Below, piece by piece: positions 47,323 to 59,281 of a stretch of DNA of 64,000 nt. Positions within the stretch are counted from its first letter, which is position 1, and the number at the start of each line of letters is the position of its first letter. The notes below the pieces were generated by a model. The model ran no database searches, was not told the origin of the DNA, and saw only the letters and a list, made by a program, of their open reading frames with translations. Origin of the DNA: Actinomycetes bacterium (GTDB lineage Bacteria; Actinomycetota; Actinomycetes; Actinomycetales; Demequinaceae); assembly GCA_023411615.1 (NCBI GenBank), contig JAEYOR010000010.1, positions 92,797 to 156,796 of the forward strand, read 5' to 3'. A program made the translations under genes and the position numbers.

Positions 47323-49208
47323 GCCAAGCGTGCAATCGCGGCGTCGGCAATTGCCGATGCCTCGAGACCAATCTCGTCCAGAAGTTGCGGCCGGCTTGCA
47401 TGGTGCAAGAACTCGCGCGGCACACCGTGATGCGACCACACGACATGGCGGCCCGCCATGCGCGCGAACTCTGCCCACTCCTCGCCAACACCCGCATCAG
47501 TCAAACCGTCTTCGACAGTGACCACAAGTTCTGCATCCCCGATTGCCTCAAGGAGGCCCTCCGGGACGGGATGGACCCATGTCGCGGTGGCCGCGAGCAC
47601 TGCCTGACCTTCGGCGGCGAGCTTGCCGGCCACGTCAATGGCTGTGCCCGCCATTGAGCCGATACCGAAGACCACGACGCGGGGCGCTCCGTCGCCGAAA
47701 CTCGCGAGAACGTCAATGTCACGGTTCGTGCTGATGGCAGGGAGCGGTTCGGACACGGCACCCTTGGGGTAACGCACCACTGTGGGGGCATCGTCAACGT
47801 CGACAGCATCGCGAAATGCCGCGCGCAACGTCGGCTCATCTCGCGGTGCGGCGAGGCGCAGACCCGGCACGTGACGCAACAGCGCCATATCCCACATGCC
47901 GTTGTGACTTGCCCCGTCATCGCCGGTGATGCCCGCACGGTCAAGCATGAACGTCACGCCCGCTTTGTGCAGCGCAACATCCATCAATAGCTGATCAAAC
48001 GCCCTGTTGAGAAATGTGGCGTACACCGCGACCACCGGATGGAGGCCCGAGAAGGCAAGCCCCGCCGCGGCCGTCACGGCATGCTGCTCCGCGATGCCAA
48101 CGTCGATGACGCGGCCGGGAAAGGCGTCGGCGAAAGGCTGCAAGCCGACGGGCTGAAGCATGGCAGCAGTGATCGCAACCACGTCATCTCGCTCGGCGCC
48201 AATCGTCAGCATCTCGTCAGCAAAGACGCTCGTCCAGCCGAAGCGGGATGGCTCGATAGGCAGCCCAGTTTCGGGATGGATTTTGCCCACCGCATGGAAT
48301 CGGTCCGCGTGATCTTGCTCAGCGGGCTGGTATCCGCGGCCCTTCTCGGTGAGGACGTGAACGATGACGGGCGCGCCGTATCCCTTGGCGTGAGTCAGCG
48401 CTGCTTCGAGTTGTGCGAGGTCATGACCGTCGACGGGACCGAGGTACTTGAGACCAAGATCTTCGAACATGCCGTGCGGACCAATAAGGCCCTTGAGTGC
48501 GCGCTTGCCGTGCATGACCGTCTGGTACGTGAAGTCACGGACGGGACCGCGTCCATCAAATGTGCGTTTGCCCCAACTGAGGAAGTTCTCATACGTGCGC
48601 GATGTGCGGATGCCATCAAGACGACGCGCAAGCCCGCCAATCGTCGGCGCGTATGAGCGCCCGTTGTCGTTGACAACGACGACCACCCGGTCCTCGCAGT
48701 CGGCGAGAGAGTTGAGTGCTTCCCACGCCATGCCGCCCGTGAGTGCCCCATCGCCGATGACGGCGACGGTGGTGCGATCCACCTCGCCCTTGAGGGTATG
48801 GCCACGCGCAATTCCGGCCGCCCACGACAATGCCGTCGATGCGTGTGAGTTCTCGACAATGTCGTGCTCGGACTCAGCCCGCGATGGATATCCCGACACT
48901 CCCCCGCGTTTGCGCAGGTTCGAGAAGTCGGAACGGCCCGTGAGGAGTTTGTGGACGTAACTTTGATGACCCGTGTCAAAAACGAGGCTGTCGAATGGGG
49001 ACTCGAACACACGATGAAGGGCGAGAGTGAGTTCGACAACGCCAAGGTTTGGTCCAAGATGTCCACCCGTGCGTGACACCGACTCCACCAGATAGGTGCG
49101 AATCTCCTCCGCAAGTTCAGCGAGTTCCTGCGCGGAAAGCGACCGCAAGGCTTGCGGTGACTCGATGCGCTCCAGCACGCTCACTCCTTGCCGTCGGGGT
49201 TGTCCCAC
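47319..49208 (-). CDS. dxs: 1-deoxy-D-xylulose-5-phosphate synthase
   Basis: 629 aa with GGHLGPNLGVVELT, DTGHQSYVHKLLTGR and a TPP-binding GDG...NDN motif. Confidence 0.95.
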   Translation of the reverse strand: MGQPRRQGVSVLERIESPQALRSLSAQELAELAEEIRTYLVESVSRTGGHLGPNLGVVELTLALHRVFESPFDSLVFDTGHQSYVHKLLTGRSDFSNLRKRGGVSGYPSRAESEHDIVENSHASTALSWAAGIARGHTLKGEVDRTTVAVIGDGALTGGMAWEALNSLADCEDRVVVVVNDNGRSYAPTIGGLARRLDGIRTSRTYENFLSWGKRTFDGRGPVRDFTYQTVMHGKRALKGLIGPHGMFEDLGLKYLGPVDGHDLAQLEAALTHAKGYGAPVIVHVLTEKGRGYQPAEQDHADRFHAVGKIHPETGLPIEPSRFGWTSVFADEMLTIGAERDDVVAITAAMLQPVGLQPFADAFPGRVIDVGIAEQHAVTAAAGLAFSGLHPVVAVYATFLNRAFDQLLMDVALHKAGVTFMLDRAGITGDDGASHNGMWDMALLRHVPGLRLAAPRDEPTLRAAFRDAVDVDDAPTVVRYPKGAVSEPLPAISTNRDIDVLASFGDGAPRVVVFGIGSMAGTAIDVAGKLAAEGQAVLAATATWVHPVPEGLLEAIGDAELVVTVEDGLTDAGVGEEWAEFARMAGRHVVWSHHGVPREFLHHASRPQLLDEIGLEASAIADAAIARLA

Positions 49209-49250
49209 TGTACGTCCTGAAACGCCCCGCGAGGCGTCCCTGTTCCGTGC

Positions 49251-52067
<2,817 letters not shown>

Positions 52068-52130
52068 CGCGCTCCTTGAATTGTCACGGCCCAGTCTACC
52101 GGGGTAGTGCCGAGGTCCCGGCTCTCTTTG

Positions 52131-53300
52131 TCAGCCCCGAGTGAAAGAGGCAATTGTTTCGATGTGATGCGTCATGGGGAACAGATCCCAAGCAGTAGCG
52201 TCTTCAAGGACGTAGCCGTCTTGAGCCAACAACGCGGTGTCGCGTGCCAACGCAACGGGGTCGCATGCGACGTAAATGATCTTCTCTGGTGACAGCGCCG
52301 TCATCGCCTTCACGGTTGCCGCCTTCGCCCCCGCTCGCGGGGGATCAAGCACAACGGTGCCGCCGTTCATGTCCTCACCGTCTCGGCCCATCTGCAGCAC
52401 CGTGCGCCGCGCGTCACCGATGATGGCCCTGGCGTCCGAGAAGCGGGACAGATTGCGCTCCAGTGACGACGTGCCCGTTGTCCCCACTGCCTCAACGGCA
52501 GTCACCTGCTTGCCATGCGCGGCGAGAGCCGCTGCGAAGAGACCGACGCCCGCATACAGATCGAGCACTCGGGGTGAGGCGCCGACGCGACGTACGACCT
52601 CGTCAACGAGCAGCGCGGGGCCACCACGATGAACCTGCCAGAAATCTCGGGCGCTCAGCGTGTACGTGAGGTCGCCCACCTTCTCGGTGAGCATCTTTCC
52701 CGCACCGCGGGCTCCACGGACCACATGAACCCATCCCGTAGACGTCTCGATGACGTCGATCCGCTCGCCAGGGCGCCCTTCGGTTGCGAGGAGTGACGCC
52801 TCGGCCGCTGCTGTCGCCAACGGCATTGCGGTGAGATACCTGCGCCCCTTTCCACCTTGGAGCGCCATCGTCGCCCGGCCATCCTCGCCTGCGACAGCGC
52901 TCACGCGAGTTCGGTAGCGAAGGCCACGTGCAGCGTCGTCCCCTGGCACGGCTTGCACTTCACCGGCGAAATCGATGCCCGCGAATCGCTCGAATGCCTC
53001 TCGCAGCACGGCGGTCTTCCACTTCCGCTGTGCCGGAAGGGCCACGTGACCGAGTTCCGCACCACCAACCCCGCCTTGGCCCGCTTCGGGCCATGGATGC
53101 TCAACGCGGTCATCGGACGCCTCGAGAATTCGCACTGCGTCGGCATTCCAGAACCGAGCGTCGGGTGCCGCGTCGACAACGCGCGCCTCGACCACTTCGC
53201 CCGGAAGTGCATGGCGCACAAACACGGCACGACCCTCATGGCGTGCCACACAGTGGCCGCCATGGGCCGGGGCGCCCACGGTAACGCGGATGGTCGTCAC
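52131..53300 (-). CDS. Class I SAM-dependent RNA (uracil-5-)-methyltransferase with an N-terminal TRAM-like domain
   Basis: 389 aa with GGHCVARHEGRAVFVRHALPGE (TRAM), the SAM motif LDLYAGVGLFA, and C-terminal VLDPPRAG...YVACDP. Confidence 0.8.
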   Translation of the reverse strand: MTTIRVTVGAPAHGGHCVARHEGRAVFVRHALPGEVVEARVVDAAPDARFWNADAVRILEASDDRVEHPWPEAGQGGVGGAELGHVALPAQRKWKTAVLREAFERFAGIDFAGEVQAVPGDDAARGLRYRTRVSAVAGEDGRATMALQGGKGRRYLTAMPLATAAAEASLLATEGRPGERIDVIETSTGWVHVVRGARGAGKMLTEKVGDLTYTLSARDFWQVHRGGPALLVDEVVRRVGASPRVLDLYAGVGLFAAALAAHGKQVTAVEAVGTTGTSSLERNLSRFSDARAIIGDARRTVLQMGRDGEDMNGGTVVLDPPRAGAKAATVKAMTALSPEKIIYVACDPVALARDTALLAQDGYVLEDATAWDLFPMTHHIETIASFTRG

Positions 53301-55195
53301 GGCATCTCCACTTCTTCTGGCGACACTTCGGCGATCGGACCGTCGCGCCGCGCCGATTCAAGCTTCCACGGGACGGCACTCACCACGACGTTGGGGACAT
53401 TGAGCAGCTGCGCTCGCAGTCGCGCGGTGTTGCGATTGTGCAGCAATTGCTCCCACCAGCGTCCCACGATGTATTCAGGTACATAGACGAACACAGCTTC
53501 GCGCGGCGAGCGCAGGTGCAGCGTCTTCACGTAGGACATCACCGGTCCCACCAGGTCGCGATACGGCGAATCGAGAACAACGAGCGCCGTCCCGAGGTTC
53601 ATCGCCGCCCACCGCTTCTGCAAGGCAACCGAGGCGCCTCGATCCATCTGAACAGTCACCGCCTTGAGCGTCGAGTGCCGCGCGGCCTTCGCATATGCCA
53701 AGGCGTGCAAGGCCGGTCGATGAAGTTGGGCGACAAGGACGATTCCATGCGTTGCGGAAGGCAATGTGGGCGAGTCCGCACCCTTGTCAAGAGCGAGATC
53801 GATGCGCACTGCTTCGTAATGCCTCTTGATCGCACCCATAAGGACCACCACGAGCACGATGAGCGCGATCGCAATCCACGCACCATTGGCAAAGTTGAAT
53901 ACCGCCGTGATGAGAAGCACTCCGGTGGCGGCGACGAGCGCGGCGATATGAAGCACTCGACGCAGTCCATACAGCAAGCGCTCTCGAGGCGCAGTCGCGG
54001 TCTGATACTTCGTGCGGGTCCACTCGACCATTGCGCGTTGACTCAGCACGATCGACGTGAAAACACCCACGATGTACATGTGGATGAGCTGGCTCACGCT
54101 CGCGTCGACCGCGATGACGATGACGGCAGAGGCTGTCGCGACGAGCAATACGGATCCACGCTGGACGAGGCGGTCATTGCGCATCGCCATTTGCCGTGGC
54201 AATAGCCCGTCCACTGCGAGGAGCCCAGTCAAGCGCGCAAAGCGGCGGAACACGCTCGACCCAGCGGCCCATAGAATCATGCCTGCGGATAGACCGACAA
54301 TCCAGACAGGCGCGGCATTTCCGAATACTCGCTCCGATACCTGCATGAGAATCGAGCCGTCGTTCCAGCCGGTAAGGCGAAAGTTCGATGCGAGCCACAG
54401 CACTGCAAAGAACGCGCCTGCGCTCGCCAGCACGGCAATGAGAAGCGTGCGCGACGCCCGCTTTCCCCTCGGCTCCGCGTGAGCAGGTCCAGATGCCGCA
54501 AGGTGCTCAATACCCGTCACCATGACGGCGCCCGATGCGACCGCGCCCGCGTACGCGACGAGCACCGTCCAGCCGCCCGACGCCGTCGGCTCGGGGACAA
54601 GGCCAGTCGCCGAGTCATGGCGCACCGCACCGACGACACCGAGCACGACGACCACGAGGACGAACCCGTGCCATACAGCAAGAAGGACGCGGACCCGGTC
54701 CTGCACACCTCGCAGGTTGATGAACGTCATCAGACCAAGCGCGGCCACACCAATGAGTGGCGCTTTGCCCTCCCAGGAAGGCACAAGAAACGTGATTACC
54801 GAAGCGATCGCAGACACCGAGATCGCGGCCGTGAAGAGGTAGTCCGTGAGAAGGGACGCTCCCGTCACCATTCCGAAGCGCGGACCGAGTCGATCGCGGA
54901 CTACACCGTAGTCACCGCGCTCATGAGGGAAAGCCCGCACCTGTGATGCGTAGGCCGCACCGAGGAGCGCAAGGATGAGGACCGAGCCAAGCGCCATGAC
55001 GATGATCGCGCCTTGCTGTCCACCCGATCGCAGAGCCTCGACAACAGCATCTGGCCCGTACGCAACTGCGGAGAGAACGCCTGCGCCAAAGACGGGGAGC
55101 GCCAACCGAGTCCGCAAAGTCTGGGGCCGCACCACATCCGTGGCGACTGGTGCGCCAAACGTCAAGAGCTTGACGCGTTCGATAAACCGCTGCAC
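53297..55195 (-). CDS. APC-superfamily permease with a C-terminal cytoplasmic domain
   Basis: About 12 TM segments plus a roughly 200-aa soluble C-terminus. It is divergent from trkA, as in other actinobacteria. I chose the GTG at 55195 as the start because the tracked ATG at 55276 would overlap trkA by 41 nt. Confidence 0.75.
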   Translation of the reverse strand: MQRFIERVKLLTFGAPVATDVVRPQTLRTRLALPVFGAGVLSAVAYGPDAVVEALRSGGQQGAIIVMALGSVLILALLGAAYASQVRAFPHERGDYGVVRDRLGPRFGMVTGASLLTDYLFTAAISVSAIASVITFLVPSWEGKAPLIGVAALGLMTFINLRGVQDRVRVLLAVWHGFVLVVVVLGVVGAVRHDSATGLVPEPTASGGWTVLVAYAGAVASGAVMVTGIEHLAASGPAHAEPRGKRASRTLLIAVLASAGAFFAVLWLASNFRLTGWNDGSILMQVSERVFGNAAPVWIVGLSAGMILWAAGSSVFRRFARLTGLLAVDGLLPRQMAMRNDRLVQRGSVLLVATASAVIVIAVDASVSQLIHMYIVGVFTSIVLSQRAMVEWTRTKYQTATAPRERLLYGLRRVLHIAALVAATGVLLITAVFNFANGAWIAIALIVLVVVLMGAIKRHYEAVRIDLALDKGADSPTLPSATHGIVLVAQLHRPALHALAYAKAARHSTLKAVTVQMDRGASVALQKRWAAMNLGTALVVLDSPYRDLVGPVMSYVKTLHLRSPREAVFVYVPEYIVGRWWEQLLHNRNTARLRAQLLNVPNVVVSAVPWKLESARRDGPIAEVSPEEVEMP

Positions 55196-55235
55196 GTCGC
55201 ACCATCCTAGGCTTCGAGCGGTATAGCGTGGTGGC

Positions 55236-55901
55236 GTGCATGTGGTGATCATGGGTTGTGGCCGCACTGGCGCCACTCTCGCCGTCGAGTTTGAGTCGCG
55301 CGGTCACACCGTGGCGATCATTGATGCGGTGGCTGATGCTTTCCGTCGCTTGCCGTCCGATTTCCAGGGTCAAAGAATCACGGGGCTCGGGTTCGATCGT
55401 GACACTCTCGTCGCCGCGGGGGTCGAGGAGGCTTTCGCGTTTGCCGCTGTGTCGGACGGCGACAACTCAAACATCCTTGCCGCCCGCGTCGTCCGCGAGA
55501 CCTATGGCGTTGACAACGTCGTCGCCCGCATCGCTGACTCTGGCCGCGCCGAGGTATATGAGCGCCTTGGAATCGCGACGGTGGCACAGGTGCCCTGGAT
55601 GGCCGCGCAAATTGTCACCCGGCTCCTCCCGGGCGGTTCCGACGCCGAATACACCGATCCTGACGTCGGTCTTGTCATGCGCAGGTTGCCGTTCAATGAC
55701 GGCTGGATTGGCCGCAGAGCAAGTGAGCTGGAGGAAGCATCGGGCGCCCGCCTCGCCTACATCGCGCGTTTTGGCGCCGCCGTCCTCCCGGACGCCTCCA
55801 CCGTCCTGCAAGCGGGAGATGACCTCCATTTCCTCATGGCCGACGCTTCATCCAGGGAGGTTGTCAAAGTGGTGAGTCACGCACCGAGGAGCGAATCGTG
55901 A
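55236..55901 (+). CDS. trkA: TrkA-family potassium uptake protein (RCK NAD-binding)
   Basis: (M)HVVIMGCGRTGATLA Rossmann motif, 221 aa, GTG start. Confidence 0.88.
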   Translation: MHVVIMGCGRTGATLAVEFESRGHTVAIIDAVADAFRRLPSDFQGQRITGLGFDRDTLVAAGVEEAFAFAAVSDGDNSNILAARVVRETYGVDNVVARIADSGRAEVYERLGIATVAQVPWMAAQIVTRLLPGGSDAEYTDPDVGLVMRRLPFNDGWIGRRASELEEASGARLAYIARFGAAVLPDASTVLQAGDDLHFLMADASSREVVKVVSHAPRSES

Positions 55902-56572
55902 AAGTGCTGATTGCCGGCGCCGGTTCCGTTGGTCGGTCGATCGCGCGCGACCTTCTCGAACACGGACACGAGGTGCTGCTCATTGACCACTCCCCTAGTG
56001 CGATGCGGGTGTCACAAGTGGCGCAAGCCGAGTGGATGCTCGCTGATGCGTGCGAACTCACGGCGCTGCGCGAAGCCGGCACGGAATCGATGGATGTTGT
56101 CGTGGCAGCCACGGGTGACGACAAGGCAAACCTCGTCATCTCTCTGCTTGCGAAGACCGAGTTTGCGGTCCCTCGCACTGTTGCCCGCGTGAATAATCCG
56201 CGCAATGAGTGGATGTACGACTCCCAATGGGGAGTCGACGTTGCCGTCTCGACTCCGCGCATCATGACAGCAATGGTCGAAGAGGCGGTCGCGGTAGGCG
56301 ACCTTGTCAAGGTTTTCACTTTTCATCAATCGGGAGCCTCGATCATCGAGGTGACCTTGCCCGCGGATTCGCCGCTTGGCGGCATCGCGCTCCGCGACAT
56401 GACGTTGCCTGACGACGTCGTGCTGTCGTGCATCGTCCGAGGTGACCGCACCATTGCGCCAAGTCCCGAAGACACTCTCGAGCCACTCGACGAACTTTTG
56501 TTCATTCTGTCGGCTGAGGCGGATCCTGACGCTCTTCAGCGAGCTCTACGTTCCGCACCATCCGCCACATGA
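55898..56572 (+). CDS. trkA: TrkA-family potassium uptake protein (second paralogue)
   Basis: MKVLIAGAGSVGRSIARDL Rossmann motif, 224 aa. The start overlaps the stop of the first trkA. Confidence 0.88.
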   Translation: MKVLIAGAGSVGRSIARDLLEHGHEVLLIDHSPSAMRVSQVAQAEWMLADACELTALREAGTESMDVVVAATGDDKANLVISLLAKTEFAVPRTVARVNNPRNEWMYDSQWGVDVAVSTPRIMTAMVEEAVAVGDLVKVFTFHQSGASIIEVTLPADSPLGGIALRDMTLPDDVVLSCIVRGDRTIAPSPEDTLEPLDELLFILSAEADPDALQRALRSAPSAT

Positions 56573-57179
56573 CAAAAAGCGCCACAGCAAACCACGGCAC
56601 ACCGAGAGCCAGTTTTGCCGTGCCGAGCGCTGCCGTTGCGCCCGCGAGATACAGCGGGATCTGAATCGCAAGCTTGACGATTTGAGTTCCGACGTAAAAG
56701 CCAGTCGCCGCTTGGAAGCGACGCATCGCGCGCTTGTCGGCGCGCCATCGCGTCGACCATCCCTTGAGCAAGCCCACGACGATGCCGACGGCTGGCCATC
56801 GCAGTGCCATCGAGGCCGTGAGTGCGACGGTGTAGAGACCCGTGTACCAAAAACCCGGCACAAAGTACTCATTGGCGTCCCCTGCGCGCCACGCCCAGAT
56901 CGCGCCGAGTGCGACACCGAAAAGCCCTCCCAACGCCTGGGTCACAGGGGTGCGCTGGATAAGCCTCACCACGACAAGAGCGACGACGATTGCAACCGAG
57001 GCGACAACCGGTATGCGGTAACCGCCCCACACGAGAAAGGCAGCGACAAAGACGGCTCCGGGCGCGACCGCCTCCGCTAGGCCGCGCCAACCTCCGATTG
57101 CTTCTGCCCAGTCAAAGTCGTCTCCGAGCAGCTGCTGAGCCGGAGTCCCCTTGTGCGGCTCGCCTTGTGCCGTCGTCAT
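56502..57179 (-). CDS. DUF3159-type integral membrane protein
   Basis: 225 aa, multi-TM. It is in the conserved operon position upstream of the trk genes and downstream of the OB-fold and dut genes. The family name is from memory. Confidence 0.65.
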   Translation of the reverse strand: MTTAQGEPHKGTPAQQLLGDDFDWAEAIGGWRGLAEAVAPGAVFVAAFLVWGGYRIPVVASVAIVVALVVVRLIQRTPVTQALGGLFGVALGAIWAWRAGDANEYFVPGFWYTGLYTVALTASMALRWPAVGIVVGLLKGWSTRWRADKRAMRRFQAATGFYVGTQIVKLAIQIPLYLAGATAALGTAKLALGVPWFAVALFVMWRMVRNVELAEERQDPPQPTE

Positions 57180-57475
57180 ACCGCGAGCAATTCGTATCGG
57201 GGGTTATAGATCACGGAGACGTCCTCCCCAGCAGCCACGCGACCTTCGACCTCAAGACCGACGCCCGGTTCGATGCCCGCGATCGTGCGCCTTCCCATGA
57301 ACACGCAGTCGATCGCGCCTGTGTCATCTGCAAGGCGCACCACGAGCTTTGCAGGCCGGTCAGCAGGGCTGACTTCCACATGGTGGACACGGCCGCGAAC
57401 TCGGGCGATGCGACGAACGTCGAGCGCTCCGATCTCGGTCACCGCGGTCGGTTTCATGTGATCCATCGGTGTCAT
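57176..57475 (-). CDS. OB-fold nucleic-acid-binding domain protein
   Basis: 99 aa with RVRGRVHHVEVSPADRPAKLVVRLADDTGAIDCVFMGRR, a typical small OB-fold protein downstream of dut in actinobacteria. Confidence 0.65.
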   Translation of the reverse strand: MTPMDHMKPTAVTEIGALDVRRIARVRGRVHHVEVSPADRPAKLVVRLADDTGAIDCVFMGRRTIAGIEPGVGLEVEGRVAAGEDVSVIYNPRYELLAV

Positions 57476-57936
57476 GCCGTCCCGGGGTTGACCGATGATG
57501 TGCCGGTTGACCCGAAGCCACCTTCACCGCGGTGGGTTCCTGGCAGGGTCTCAACGTGGACAAACCGGGCTTTGGCAACGGGTTGGATGACGAGTTGAGC
57601 GATGCGGTCGCCAATGGCAAAATCGACGCTCTCGTGAGCGTCCGTGTTGAGCAAGGTGACGCTGATCTCCCCCCGGTAACCGGCGTCCACAGTCCCTGGG
57701 GCGTTGACGATCGTCACGCCATGGCGAGCAGCGAGGCCGCTGCGGGGGTGGACAAACGCGGCATAGCCGGCAGGAAGAGCGATTCGCACCCCGGTACGGA
57801 CAGTGCGCCGCTCACCCGGAGCGAGAGTGATCGCCTCTCGTGTTGTGAGATCTGCGCCGGCGTCGCCCGCGTGAGCGTACGACGGCATCGGCACGCCGTC
57901 ATCCGTTGTGCTGATCAACACCTCGACGTTCGTCAT
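57472..57936 (-). CDS. dut: dUTP diphosphatase
   Basis: 154 aa with dUTPase motifs (AGADL, PRSGLAARHGVTIVNAPGTVDAGYRGEI, RGEGGFGSTG). Confidence 0.93.
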   Translation of the reverse strand: MTNVEVLISTTDDGVPMPSYAHAGDAGADLTTREAITLAPGERRTVRTGVRIALPAGYAAFVHPRSGLAARHGVTIVNAPGTVDAGYRGEISVTLLNTDAHESVDFAIGDRIAQLVIQPVAKARFVHVETLPGTHRGEGGFGSTGTSSVNPGTA

Positions 57937-57978
57937 GGTGCTCCACCCTAGGCGCTCACCGCGCCCAATCCGTACCGC

Positions 57979-58278
57979 TTAAGCGGCGCACTCCGAGCAG
58001 ATCGGTTGGTCGCCCTTGAATGTCGCCAACTGGCTGCGGTGGTGGACCAAGAAGCATGACATGCATGTGAACTCGTCCTGCTGAGGGGGCAGCACTCGCA
58101 CAGACAGCTCTTCACCAGACAGATCCGCGCCCGGCAATTCAAAACTGTCGGCAACGTCGGCCTCGTCCTCGTCGACCACGCCCGAGCTCTTGTCCGAGCG
58201 ACGCGCCTTCAGCTCTTCAATCGAGTCGGCGGCGATCTCGTCGTCGGTCTTGCGCGGGGCGTCGTAGTCGGTCGCCAT
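57979..58278 (-). CDS. DUF4193-family protein
   Basis: The internal ATG at 58278 gives MATDYDAPRKTDDE...EFTCMSCFLVHHRSQL...ICSECAA, an acidic N-terminus with a C-terminal Cys4 cluster. GGAG lies 8 nt upstream. Confidence 0.75.
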   Translation of the reverse strand: MATDYDAPRKTDDEIAADSIEELKARRSDKSSGVVDEDEADVADSFELPGADLSGEELSVRVLPPQQDEFTCMSCFLVHHRSQLATFKGDQPICSECAA

Positions 58279-58384
58279 CCGTGAGTCTCCATTCACCTGG
58301 TGGTGTGTGATCAATGCCTGACAAGCGGATTTTGTTCCCGCGTGGCGCAGGCATTGTGCACCACAAAACCGGTTTACGCGAACT

Positions 58385-59209
58385 CTAGGCCGATTCCTCC
58401 GGCCAAGGCGTGCGCGCACCCGCTTGTACGAGCGCTTCTCTTAACGCGTCCCACGTCTCGGGCATCGCGGCAATGAGCAGGTGCTCATCGGCCGGTCCCC
58501 CGTCAATTCCGGCCACTTTGACGCCCGCTTCTCTTGCGATGAGGGCCCCCGCAGCGTGGTCCCAGGGCTTCAGCCCATGCTCGTAGTACGCGTCGATCTG
58601 GCCCGCCGCAACCAAGCACAGATCGACGCTTGCCGCGCCCAAGCGTCGGATATCGCGGACGGAGGGGAGCACCGCCGCGACGATCTCGCCTTGAATCTTG
58701 CGACGCGCGGCGACGTACTGAAAACCTGTTGCGAGCAAGGTCGCGTCAAGTGGCGCCGCTGCGGTGCGCTTCATCGCGACGCCATCCCGCCACGCCCCAT
58801 GGCCTCGTGCGGCCGACCACACAACGCCTGCGCCGTCGCACACAGCACCCGCTTCGGCGGTCCACGTCGACGGCTCGGCGCCGCCTGTTACCGCAGCAAC
58901 CGAGACGGCGTAATGCGGCAATCCATACAGGTAATTGACGGTGCCGTCGATGGGATCAAGCACCCAGGTGACGCCGGACGTGCCGATGACATCGTTCCCT
59001 TCCTCGCCCAAGATCGAATCGTCGGGCCGCAAAGTCGCCAGCCGCTCGCGCAAGAGGCGCTCAGCCGCGAGGTCCATCTGCGTGACGATGTCGATGTGGG
59101 AGGACTTGGTTGCGGTGACGTGTGCCTCTGCTCGGCCTTGAGAGACGAGCACTCCGGCCTCCTTTGCAATGAGGGCGGCGATGTCGCGAAGTTCGAGCGG
59201 ATCGGTCAT
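58385..59209 (-). CDS. Inositol monophosphatase-family protein
   Basis: IMPase motifs (ILGEEG, WVLDPIDGTVNY, WDHAAG). I chose the ATG at 59209 (MTDPLELRDIA...) because it leaves a 72-bp divergent region to sepH, versus 9 bp for the tracked start. Confidence 0.85.
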   Translation of the reverse strand: MTDPLELRDIAALIAKEAGVLVSQGRAEAHVTATKSSHIDIVTQMDLAAERLLRERLATLRPDDSILGEEGNDVIGTSGVTWVLDPIDGTVNYLYGLPHYAVSVAAVTGGAEPSTWTAEAGAVCDGAGVVWSAARGHGAWRDGVAMKRTAAAPLDATLLATGFQYVAARRKIQGEIVAAVLPSVRDIRRLGAASVDLCLVAAGQIDAYYEHGLKPWDHAAGALIAREAGVKVAGIDGGPADEHLLIAAMPETWDALREALVQAGARTPWPEESA

Positions 59210-59281
59210 ATCTCCAGCGTGGCACAGCGTTCGGGCGTGCCGTACCGCGCGCCGAGCGTCGTTGCGTGGCACAGTGGAGGA

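Noticed and set aside
59217-59274. Sigma-54 type -24 element (TGGCAC) within the repeated GCGTGGCACAG motif
   Set aside because: No TTGC -12 element follows at the required 5-nt spacing, and Actinomycetota generally lack sigma-54. I treat the motif as a generic direct repeat instead.
58481-59281. 267-codon upstream extension of the sepH ORF
   Set aside because: It is antisense to the IMPase-family gene. The conserved SepH/DUF3071 N-terminus starts at the ATG at 59282, which has a GGAGG RBS.
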